From Promethearchaeota archaeon (GTDB taxonomy: Archaea > Asgardarchaeota > Lokiarchaeia > Sigyniarchaeales > SOKP01), in assembly GCA_030606485.1 (NCBI GenBank), contig JAUWGH010000004.1, positions 270,001 through 302,000 on the forward strand: a DNA stretch of 32,000 nucleotides, in the 5' to 3' direction. This document shows positions 6,273 to 14,952 of this stretch, piece by piece; the first letter of the stretch is position 1; each line of letters starts with the position of its first letter. The notes under the pieces were generated by a model that made no database searches, was not told the DNA's origin, and was given only the letters and a program-made list of their open reading frames with translations. The position numbers and the translations under genes are program-made.

Positions 6273-8951
6273 TTATTTTAAAAATTTTTCTAAATTATTT
6301 TTCCGATGAAAAAAGTATCGGTGATTATATTTTGGTATATCAGTTAATAGAAGTCCAGTTTGTTTTTCATATTGTTTAACAATGTAATCTTGTATATTAT
6401 CGAATGAAACAATAAATGGAATTATTATTAATACAACATTGTTTTCTTCGCACAATTTTTTCTTAAGGAAATCACGTTCTTGTTGATCTATAAAATCTTG
6501 ATATTTTCTATGATAAAATGGATCAAAATGGTAGTGTTGCGGACCATTGTATTCAAATGCTAATTTTAATTGTTTATTAAGTCCATCGAGATGCATTTTT
6601 TTTTCCGTTTTATAATTTATCAACCATTTGGGTTTATTGGTGGGAAATTTAGCATTAAAAATTCGCTCAAAATAGCCACGACAATATCGTTCACTTTTAC
6701 CTTTTGAGCAATTGGGACACCAAGTTTTTCTTTTAATACTAGTAGGTTTAGCTTCCCATATATATCCACATTTCCCGCATTGCCATTTGAGACGTGTATG
6801 ATTATTGAAGTATTTTTTCGATAAACATTTACCAGGATACCCAGTTTCTTCAAGACCTCTTTTCTCTGCTAATTTTTGCATTTTTTCAATAGTTAATTTT
6901 AAGTTACCAGCGCATTTAAGACACCAACTTCCATAATTTTTTATGCTATCAGGTGTAGCTTCCCATATATGTCCACATTTCCCGCATTGCCATTTGAGAT
7001 TTGTTTTATTATTAATGTATTTTTTCGATAAACATTTGCCGGGATACCCAGTTTTTTCAAGTCCTCTTTTCTTTGCTAACTTTTGCATTTCTTCAATAGT
7101 TAATTTTTTTTTACAAGCGCATTTAGAACACCAACTTCCGTTATTTTTTATGCTATCAGGTCTAGCTTCCCAAATATGTCCACATTTCCCGCATTGCCAT
7201 TTGAGAGGTGTCTTATTATCGATGTATTTTTTCGATAAACATTTTCCGGGATTGCCAGTTTTTTCAAGTCCTCTTTTCTTTGCTAACTTTTGCATTTCTT
7301 CAATAGTTAATTTTTTTTTACCAGCGCATTTAGAACACCAGCTTCCTTTATTTTTAATGTCATTAGGCCTAGCTTCCCAAATATGTCCACATTTCCCGCA
7401 TTGCCATTTGAGATTTGTTCCACTATTTATGTATTTTTTCGATAAACATTTTCCGGATACTCCAGTTTTTTCTAGACCTCTTTTTTTTGCTAATTCTTGC
7501 ATATCTTTGATTGTATCTTTTTTCTTCATTAGTTCATCACATTTAGGATTTTTTTCAAAATATTCAAGTTGTGTCAGTTGTTGGAAATCAGTCAACTGAC
7601 TGAGCCGACTACATCTATATGGTATAGTCTTTAGATGGCGTTGCGAGCACCATTGCCATAGCAACTGCCTTAATTGACGGTCAATATTTCTAAAAATTTT
7701 TTTATCTTGACAAAATTGAAAGTAATTCCACCAACCACGAACGATTGCATTTAATCGTTTAGAAATTTCAGATGTTTCGGCGTGTTTGTTAAAATATAAA
7801 AATATCTTGATTCGATCGAGAAAATTTTTGATTGAATTTTTACTAGGAGTGCAATTGACGACGCAGTGATTTTTATATCTAATTTGTCGGATATTAAACC
7901 CTAAGAAATCGAAGCCCTTATCTGAGCGGATAATTTTTGTCTTACCTTTATGAAGATTTAAGCCTCTACTTTTTAAAAAATTTTTAATCTTAGGAAGTAC
8001 ATAGGATTCTAGAATTTCTCGTGAGGGTGTGATAACTATAAAGTCGTCTGCGTATCTAATTATTCGATATCCTTTTTTGTTTTCCGTTTGTTGGGAAGAA
8101 GAGATAAAGATTCCTTTAGATTCCTCCTTTTGGAATAATCTTTCTAAGCCATCAAGTGCAATATTTAAGAGTAAAGGACTAATAACAGCCCCTTGTGGAA
8201 GCCCGACATTTGTTTTTGAATTTCGACCTCGACTAAAAATCCCAGATTTTAGCCATTTTTCAATTAAAGGTTTAAATACCGAGATTTTATTAAGAACAAA
8301 CGCGTGATTAGTTTTTTCAAAGCACTTAGTAATATCAGCCTTTAATATCCAACAGAAATTTTCTGATTTGCTACTTGATTTGCCACTGGTTTGGATTTTT
8401 TCTTGAATCTCTTGAATGCTATCTTGGATTCGTTGGATTGCGTCATGTGCTCTACGATTTTTTCGATATCCGAACACATTTGGTTCAAATTTTGCCTCCC
8501 ATTCTGGTTCCAGAGCCATTTTTACGATTTTTTGCATAATTCTGTCTTTAACTGTAAAGATTACTATCGGACGTTTTCCACCATCTGGTCTCTGAATGTA
8601 AATGCGTCTGACAGATTGTGGTTGAAAATTTGTAAAATTTAACTCGTACAGTAATTGTTCAATTTTTTCAGGAGTGTTATACAATTTCCCGTCAATAACT
8701 GCTGGTTTTTTTCTTTTATAACTATACGAGAACCGAAAAGCCGAAAAGAACTCTCTACTCGCAAATAATTTTACAAAATGTGATCTTACAAGTAAATGTT
8801 GAAGTGACCTAACCTTTTTCCAGCGCTTTTCAGAACTCGCTCGGAATATACGTTTCTGGAGATGGTTAACTTGAGATTTAACCTTATGCCAGTTAACACT
8901 ATGCCAATCAAACTCAAGTCCGTTGGTCTGTTCAATGCCCAGCAGAGCCAT
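6273..8951 (-). CDS. Group II intron-type reverse transcriptase/maturase fused to four Zn-ribbon repeats and a Vsr/very-short-patch-like endonuclease
   Basis: RVT_N (WHSVNW...LQKRIFRA), RT motifs (VRRIYI...KRP, KADI, GLPQGAVISPLL, RYADDF, GFDFLGF) and domain X (LNAIVRGWWNYF). These are followed by 4x WQCGKCG.IWEA.P..I...WC..C and then HLDG...LAFEYNGPQHY...RDFLKKKLCEENNVVLIIIPF. Confidence 0.88.
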   Translation of the reverse strand: MALLGIEQTNGLEFDWHSVNWHKVKSQVNHLQKRIFRASSEKRWKKVRSLQHLLVRSHFVKLFASREFFSAFRFSYSYKRKKPAVIDGKLYNTPEKIEQLLYELNFTNFQPQSVRRIYIQRPDGGKRPIVIFTVKDRIMQKIVKMALEPEWEAKFEPNVFGYRKNRRAHDAIQRIQDSIQEIQEKIQTSGKSSSKSENFCWILKADITKCFEKTNHAFVLNKISVFKPLIEKWLKSGIFSRGRNSKTNVGLPQGAVISPLLLNIALDGLERLFQKEESKGIFISSSQQTENKKGYRIIRYADDFIVITPSREILESYVLPKIKNFLKSRGLNLHKGKTKIIRSDKGFDFLGFNIRQIRYKNHCVVNCTPSKNSIKNFLDRIKIFLYFNKHAETSEISKRLNAIVRGWWNYFQFCQDKKIFRNIDRQLRQLLWQWCSQRHLKTIPYRCSRLSQLTDFQQLTQLEYFEKNPKCDELMKKKDTIKDMQELAKKRGLEKTGVSGKCLSKKYINSGTNLKWQCGKCGHIWEARPNDIKNKGSWCSKCAGKKKLTIEEMQKLAKKRGLEKTGNPGKCLSKKYIDNKTPLKWQCGKCGHIWEARPDSIKNNGSWCSKCACKKKLTIEEMQKLAKKRGLEKTGYPGKCLSKKYINNKTNLKWQCGKCGHIWEATPDSIKNYGSWCLKCAGNLKLTIEKMQKLAEKRGLEETGYPGKCLSKKYFNNHTRLKWQCGKCGYIWEAKPTSIKRKTWCPNCSKGKSERYCRGYFERIFNAKFPTNKPKWLINYKTEKKMHLDGLNKQLKLAFEYNGPQHYHFDPFYHRKYQDFIDQQERDFLKKKLCEENNVVLIIIPFIVSFDNIQDYIVKQYEKQTGLLLTDIPKYNHRYFFHRKNNLEKFLK
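6708..7514 (-). repeat. Tandem array of four 207-bp (69-aa) Zn-ribbon coding repeats within the RT ORF
   Basis: The marker CCACATTTCCCGCATTGCCATTTGAGA occurs at 6766, 6973, 7180 and 7387, an exact 207-bp period. Confidence 0.95.
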
Positions 8952-9184
8952 TGTCTAACATCACAAACTGTTTATTTTCCAGAAAACTTTTTTTTCCGAG
9001 AGATTTTTATTTTTTATTTTATCCAAATTAAATTGAATTTAAAGATCAATTTTCTTTCATTATAATTATTTCAACTTGAAATTTGGAGGTTTAAATTATC
9101 AAGCAAAAAAAGCGTATTTAATTATTTGTAAGCTTTCGTTGACACTTGCTTCAAATTTGAAGATTTATTTTAAAGATGATAAAA

Positions 9185-9604
9185 TCACGATTTTATCTCA
9201 TTTGAGGTTTTAAAAAGTGATTTAATCAGAAATTCCCTCTCTGCCTCATTCTGCTCTATTAGAAAATCATTATATTTACCGAGATCCAAATTATTCATGC
9301 TCGGATATTTTTGGAAAAACTGAATTACAATGCTCATAAAAGGATATTTTTTTAAAAATTCAATAACTCGTTTTATACCTTTTTCTGTAATGAGATAATA
9401 TATCTCTCTTGAAGTTTTAAAAATTAAAATATAACCTTTCTTATTAAGGATTTTGCACCGGCTATAAAAATTTTGCCTAATTCCGCCAATTCTTTTCCGT
9501 ATTTCACGATAAGAAACTAATCTTTTCCTTTCCTTTATAAGAAATTCCATCAGACATAAAAGAATTTCAGTAGAATACGGCACTAAAAAGTTCAATCTTT
9601 TCAC
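9185..9604 (-). CDS. Winged-helix (MarR/ArsR-like) DNA-binding protein, upstream of and co-oriented with the RT fusion
   Basis: SYREIRKRIG...KILNKKGYI...YYLITEKGIKRV wing motif. Confidence 0.65.
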   Translation of the reverse strand: MKRLNFLVPYSTEILLCLMEFLIKERKRLVSYREIRKRIGGIRQNFYSRCKILNKKGYILIFKTSREIYYLITEKGIKRVIEFLKKYPFMSIVIQFFQKYPSMNNLDLGKYNDFLIEQNEAEREFLIKSLFKTSNEIKS

Positions 9605-10338
9605 AAATTTTTTTATTTAACTTTCTAAAACAAATTATAAAAATTCAGATAAAATAACTTCTTCATTTCATAGATAAATTTTGTACCTATTTTTTTTCAT
9701 AAGGATCAAATTATTCTTCCAACAGGTTTATAATGTTAAATTTCAATAGTTTATACAATTCTACTAATTATAAGAATCAAAAAACTTCGACTAAAATTAA
9801 AATTAAAGCTTTATAAATTAAATTGAATTAAGAAAATTTTCGAGTAATATCGATATCCAGTATTTTTTATTCTAAAATTTATAATAAAAAATTCCTCTGG
9901 AATAAGTTGTTTGAATTCCGAGGAATTTAGAATTAAAAAAATTATTGTTAGATTTAAATATTTTTTATAGGGATTTAAGTAAATTTCAAAAAGTTAAAAA
10001 TATTGCTCAAAGGTTAGATTTCTCTTATCTTTTCAAAGAATTCAGTAAATAGAAAGAAATATTTAAATATTTGATATTTAATGTTAATTATAGATAAAAA
10101 AATTAAAATTAATGTAATTCATGTCTGAATTATTAAACAATAAAAGAGTTATAACTATTTATGCAGGTATTCAAAGTCAAAGATTAATTCACGCTTAAAT
10201 CGGAAAATGGTAAAGTAATTACGAAATCGTATTGAAATGGAAATAATAGAAGAGAAATTAATGAAAAAAAAGATTATAAAATGTTATATATGTCATTAAA
10301 AGTATAAATTAATAACAAAAGAAAAAGAGATTGGAAAT

Positions 10339-11103
10339 TTGTTTAAAACTATTGTTATAACTTCACCTAACCTTGACAAAGTAGAAAAAACGAATGTCTT
10401 ATACATAAATCAGGGTTTCTCTAAAATTAGTATTTATTACTTAAAATTTGAAGCTTATATTGATGAAGCAAAGGATTTCGAATGTATAGTTAGAATTATA
10501 GATGAACTCGAACATCAAAAGGTGATTGAAAGAAAAAGATTTTTCAATAAAGCTAGTTTTATATTTAAATGTAAAGATGCCACTAGCCTCGATATAAAAG
10601 ATGCAGATGTTAAAGATGTATGTTTAATTTTCATTGAATATGAATTTCCTAATTTTAAAAAATCTGATCCACCGATTTATCTTGATATTGAAATCATTGA
10701 ATTTGATTCCAAAATAATTGATTCTATGAACACAAAACCCCAAATAAAGGAAGATATTTATGATTTAGTTGATAAATATTTATCTGATGATTTTAAAGGA
10801 GCAATAAGTGAGATTGGGACTATAGGAGAATATATAGCTAGGGAATTTGCTGAAAAAATTCATAATAAAAAGGTTGGTAATTTTCGAACTGCTTTAAATA
10901 TATTAACAAATGAAAAGAAATTAGCGCGGAAAAAAATAAATTATTTCTACTTAGGTTCTTTATTATGGCCAATATATTATATTAGAAATCAAAAATCTCA
11001 CCCATATCATAAGATTGAATTTGATAAATCTACAGCCAAAATTGCTATGGAAAATTTATCTAGTATTTTAAATTATTTAGCCAAAACGAAATTCAAATTT
11101 TAA
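10339..11103 (+). CDS. Protein with C-terminal HEPN domain (putative RNase effector)
   Basis: C-terminal helical region GAISEIGTIGEYI...YYIRNQKSHP contains the Rx4H motif. N-terminal region is unassigned. Confidence 0.6.
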   Translation: MFKTIVITSPNLDKVEKTNVLYINQGFSKISIYYLKFEAYIDEAKDFECIVRIIDELEHQKVIERKRFFNKASFIFKCKDATSLDIKDADVKDVCLIFIEYEFPNFKKSDPPIYLDIEIIEFDSKIIDSMNTKPQIKEDIYDLVDKYLSDDFKGAISEIGTIGEYIAREFAEKIHNKKVGNFRTALNILTNEKKLARKKINYFYLGSLLWPIYYIRNQKSHPYHKIEFDKSTAKIAMENLSSILNYLAKTKFKF

Positions 11104-11206
11104 ATTTTGGATTGTATTCATATATTTCCTCATTTGGAGTGTTCGCTATAAAACTCTCTCAAACAAATAAATTTTACAAAATTAAATATAATTCTAAAGG
11201 CAAAAT

Positions 11207-11283
11207 TATAAACTCATCTCTTTTAAAAGTTTATACCGAAAGCGTTTATTAGTTATATATCTTAGGTATATATAAAGGAAAAA
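11207..11283 (+). repeat. 77-bp dispersed repeat, copy 2
   Basis: Matches copy 1 (65/77) and copy 3 (57/77) without gaps. Confidence 0.9.
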
Positions 11284-11322
11284 GATTGGTATCTTTTAAT
11301 AAAGTTATATAATTGAGGGATT

Positions 11323-12960
11323 GTGACTAAAAAATCTCAAGAACTAATTGAGACCCTATTTAAGGGTTTAATGGAATCTCTAATACAAATAGCTAATGGA
11401 GAATATGTTTTTAAAAATAATCAAACAATTTATTCCACGAGTCTTTCTTACAACGGTCCAAACTCAGATCTCCCATTAGAAGAAGAAATATTTCAATATT
11501 TTGAGAAGGAAATTGTATCAAAAATTCCTCATGCATTACTTTTAATTAAAGGAAATCTCTCTATTGAAGTCTCAATTAACAAAGAAATAAATAATAAATT
11601 AAAAAAGACCCAAAGTGCAAAACGAGAGTTAGACATTTATAAATCTTTTAAAACCATATTCTTTCCTACAATGAATGAATATCTTGTTAAGTTGGGAAAT
11701 TCTGAGCCAGAATGGATATATTTAGCAGAAAAAGATTGGAAAGTAGATACTAAAGATCAAAATAAAAAAAAATTTGAAAATGGAAATTATATAAAATATA
11801 TTAGAGGAAAGTCTTGGATTAGTATGGAGATTGAAGGAACAGCGATTTCTTTTTTAAAAGATGATATTGATTTCTTTTTTAATAATTTTAAATTTAAAAA
11901 TCCTATTTCTGTTGGGACAATTATCTTACCCCAGACAGACATTTCATTAGATGAGTTTAGGTCAAAATCAAAAACTAATAAAAAAAGTTATTATACGACT
12001 GATTTATATTCGTCCGAGCAAAAGAAAAGGTTTATTCAAAAATTACTTGAAAATTTTATTGAGTGGTATCCAAAATTTATTAATGACAATTTTCCTAGAA
12101 TTCGTAAATCTTTTAAATTATATCAGAATTTACCAGTAAAAATTATATTAAGTTTTGATAAACCATTTAAAGATGCTTATGAGCATCAAGATCTCTGGTT
12201 TTTTTGGGGTGTTGAGAAATTACCGAATGATTCCAAAAATATTGTAGAAATGGTTGAAGGGTATGATGCTAACTATGATGAGAATAAACATTTCATCGCA
12301 AGGTCAACTTCAACAAATTATTTGATTATTGATAATCAATATAATGCATTTCCATTTACATACAAATTTATAAGAGAAGAGTTAGAGGATATTTTAGAAG
12401 GATTTGAAAACGATTCAATATTTGATGAGATAAAACCTTTTCAATCGTCTCTAGAAGGTTGGATTCAAATAATATTAGATGCTGAGAAAAGAGGGGGAGA
12501 AGATTATAATATCGAGCTAAAATCAATACCAACTGAATCTAAGGAAGGAGATGGTTCAGGAAATGACATTTATGGGCATATAAATGGATTTGAAAACGAA
12601 GAGGGTGGCTATATATTTATTGGTGTCGATGAGAACAAAATTGGCAGAGAAAAAATTGTTGGATTAGAGGGATATCTCAAGAGTAAAAAAAAGACATTAG
12701 ATCAATTAGTACGAGAAATTAGACAAAAATGCGTTAATTATCTTAAAAACGACAATTATCGTATCCAAACTAGAACAGATGGTGGAATTTCTTTAATAAG
12801 AATTACTATTCGTTCAAACAAAGGTGGACTTAATTGGTTTTACACCAAAAAAGGATTACGCATAACATATGTTCGAAGAAATAGAGAAAAAATACCAATG
12901 CCAGAGCATGAAATTGAAGAGAGATTGAGTAAGAAATATAATAAGGCACTAATTAAATAA
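11323..12960 (+). CDS. Protein with C-terminal AlbA_2/Schlafen-like domain
   Basis: NIELKS...INGFENEEGGYIFIGVDE...IVGL pattern in the last ~170 aa. The N-terminal ~370 aa are unassigned. Confidence 0.7.
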   Translation: MTKKSQELIETLFKGLMESLIQIANGEYVFKNNQTIYSTSLSYNGPNSDLPLEEEIFQYFEKEIVSKIPHALLLIKGNLSIEVSINKEINNKLKKTQSAKRELDIYKSFKTIFFPTMNEYLVKLGNSEPEWIYLAEKDWKVDTKDQNKKKFENGNYIKYIRGKSWISMEIEGTAISFLKDDIDFFFNNFKFKNPISVGTIILPQTDISLDEFRSKSKTNKKSYYTTDLYSSEQKKRFIQKLLENFIEWYPKFINDNFPRIRKSFKLYQNLPVKIILSFDKPFKDAYEHQDLWFFWGVEKLPNDSKNIVEMVEGYDANYDENKHFIARSTSTNYLIIDNQYNAFPFTYKFIREELEDILEGFENDSIFDEIKPFQSSLEGWIQIILDAEKRGGEDYNIELKSIPTESKEGDGSGNDIYGHINGFENEEGGYIFIGVDENKIGREKIVGLEGYLKSKKKTLDQLVREIRQKCVNYLKNDNYRIQTRTDGGISLIRITIRSNKGGLNWFYTKKGLRITYVRRNREKIPMPEHEIEERLSKKYNKALIK

Positions 12961-13320
12961 AGTTTTTTTTTAATTTATTTTATGTATCGTATCAATTTTA
13001 GAAATAAGAGACTCTGCATAATTGGATTCCTACGTAACATCAGTTGGCAACCGCTTTAATTAATTCAACTCTTTTTTTAGGTATTGCCTTAAATAATCGA
13101 TGCTCCCTTAAATTCGGAAAAAAAATTTTCCCTCCGTTTAAAATATCGAAATTGGTAAAAAATATTTTATTTGATTAATCTAAAAAGAGTTGTCCATCTT
13201 TTTCTAGCCTTTTATTAACATATCTTAGTGTATCAGAATTTTAATTTCTGGATTTTTTTATTTATGTATTTATTATTTTATTCAATTTAATTGAATTATA
13301 TAATCGTTATTGTATTAATT

Positions 13321-14412
13321 TTAATCTCGATAATATTGATTGCATCTATAACATCTTAGATAATTTTGATGAAGTTGCATTTCTTGTCTGCAATCCACAC
13401 AAAAATTCTTAAGTTTTGCCATAAATCCTACAAAACAAAAATAACACATTTTATATTTTGATGAAATTGGTATTCCACAATCAATACATTGTTTTGAGAA
13501 TTCTCGTTCTTCCCCTAAAATATTAATATTTTTAATAAGATATGTAAGTCCATTATCAAACGAATTTTCTAGAAATTGAATGATTTTACTATGGTTCATT
13601 TTTTTGTGAACCTTCCCTTTTTCAATAATATTGAGAGTGTAGAGAATAAATCTATTCCGAAGGTTCATATATTTATAAGGGTTGTTGACATACTCTTTTC
13701 GTCTTTTTGGAAAAACAGGTTTGAATTTTCTCTTTTGCCTGAAATGAAATACTTCATTGAGAAAATCCAAGAACTCTTTATCTATTTTATTTTGTTCGCA
13801 TAATTCTAAGATTTTTTCATAAATTTTAGTTAAGGTAGTCTTCTTATATTCTTTTTGAAATAGCACCACTAAATAATATGAAAATTTGAATATCGCTTTT
13901 GAAAATATCATTTCTGCACTTGGTATATCGTTTCCATTAATCTCTATTCTCAAACTCTTATTCAAATAATAGAAGGCTCTTCTCAACAGATCATCGTAGT
14001 CGTCGTCTTTATAAGTAACATCTAGTAATTTATTACGGAAATCTTTGCCAAAGATAATTTTAGAATTGTATTTAAGATCAATAATAGCCCATTTATAGTT
14101 TGAAAAGGAATATTTCTTAAACTCTTTCTCATTAGAAAGAGCCGAGAATAAATTGTAAATAATTGAAATTTTTTTGTCTTCGAATATTTTCTCTTCAAAA
14201 CGCGCATTACTGTATTCCAAGGATTTAAAATTTAGTGCTTCTTGATCAAATGTTTTCACGAACACAAGAACATCGATATCATTTGGTTTAAAGTTATTAG
14301 TATCTTCATGAAAATATGAGCCAATTCCAAATATACTTACTAAATTTTCCTTCAGTTTATCTTTCACATAAAGGAAGACATCATATAACAACGAATCCTC
14401 TGTTTTTATCAT
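13321..14412 (-). CDS. Pol-beta-type nucleotidyltransferase with helical (HEPN-like) domain and C-terminal double Zn ribbon
   Basis: GIGSYF...NDIDVLVF (GS...DxD), a helical bundle LLRRAFYYL...KAIFKFSYYL, then CIDC..CYFC and CVDC..CYRC. Confidence 0.7.
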   Translation of the reverse strand: MIKTEDSLLYDVFLYVKDKLKENLVSIFGIGSYFHEDTNNFKPNDIDVLVFVKTFDQEALNFKSLEYSNARFEEKIFEDKKISIIYNLFSALSNEKEFKKYSFSNYKWAIIDLKYNSKIIFGKDFRNKLLDVTYKDDDYDDLLRRAFYYLNKSLRIEINGNDIPSAEMIFSKAIFKFSYYLVVLFQKEYKKTTLTKIYEKILELCEQNKIDKEFLDFLNEVFHFRQKRKFKPVFPKRRKEYVNNPYKYMNLRNRFILYTLNIIEKGKVHKKMNHSKIIQFLENSFDNGLTYLIKNINILGEEREFSKQCIDCGIPISSKYKMCYFCFVGFMAKLKNFCVDCRQEMQLHQNYLRCYRCNQYYRD

Positions 14413-14566
14413 TGAATTTAGATTTTTTTGAGAAATTCTGATCAGCCTTTTATTTTCAATTCAGAAATATACGGACGCATAATATGAAAATTGCGTGGAG
14501 TTATTTTATTAAAGTAAAAAAAGCCAACTATTTAAAGCTTTGTATATAAATAGTTCATTAAATTTT

Positions 14567-14600
14567 AATAATAATAATTATAATTATAATTATTATTATT
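14567..14600. repeat. Perfect 34-bp AT-only palindrome
   Basis: AATAATAATAATTATAATTATAATTATTATTATT equals its own reverse complement (checked by hand). Confidence 0.85.
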
Positions 14601-14821
14601 TTATTATTAGTATAAATAAATGAAAGCTTAAACGTTATATCTTCTTGATTATAAAGTTCTCATGCAATTGAATTAAAATTCAAAATATGCTTTAGCCTAT
14701 ACATTTTTTTATCATCAGAATTTATATAATCAAAAAACTCACTATTCTTACTATCCATCTTCATCTTATAGAAATAAAATATTTTTTCTTGAAATCATAG
14801 AACTTTTTAAAATTGTAATTA

Positions 14822-14898
14822 TACAAACTCATCATATTTAAAAGTTAATTTTCAAAGCGAATGATAAGTATAGATTTTTAGTAAATATAAAGGAAAAA
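14822..14898 (+). repeat. 77-bp dispersed repeat, copy 3 (more diverged)
   Basis: 57/77 ungapped identity to copy 2. Conserves AAACTCATC, TTTAAAAGTT, AAAGCG and ATATAAAGGAAAAA. Confidence 0.8.
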
Positions 14899-14952
14899 TG
14901 ATATTGGTACTTGTATAGCATTAAATTGTAATTTTAAAATTTAGATAAGGCG

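Noticed and set aside
6943-7599. 218-aa plus-strand ORF with repeats
   Set aside because: It is the antisense shadow of the Zn-ribbon array; its openness is propagated by the repeat.
6273-8951. Diversity-generating retroelement or retron
   Set aside because: The RT has the group II-type PQGxxISP motif, RVT_N and domain X, not the DGR GNxxSQ or retron VTG signatures. I found no TR/VR pair with adenine-specific mismatches, and the 207-bp repeats differ at all base types.
5880-9180. Intact group II intron RNA around the RT
   Set aside because: No GTGCG 5' end upstream and no domain V/VI hairpin downstream on the coding strand. A GAGCCG near 7603 is antisense and does not fold as domain V. A covariance search would be decisive.
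10121-10338. Decayed gene upstream of the HEPN ORF
   Set aside because: Only short broken frames (e.g. 25 codons from 10121) with no recognisable family.
13000-13250. Possible degraded minus-strand gene (DTLRYVNKRLEKDGQLFLD...)
   Set aside because: Multiple stops and only a vague resemblance to a methyltransferase tail, so it cannot be supported.
6090-14898. CRISPR array or canonical integron attC sites
   Set aside because: The repeats are 77 bp and kilobases apart, with no cas genes. They lack RYYYAAC/GTTRRRY ends and no integron integrase is in the window.
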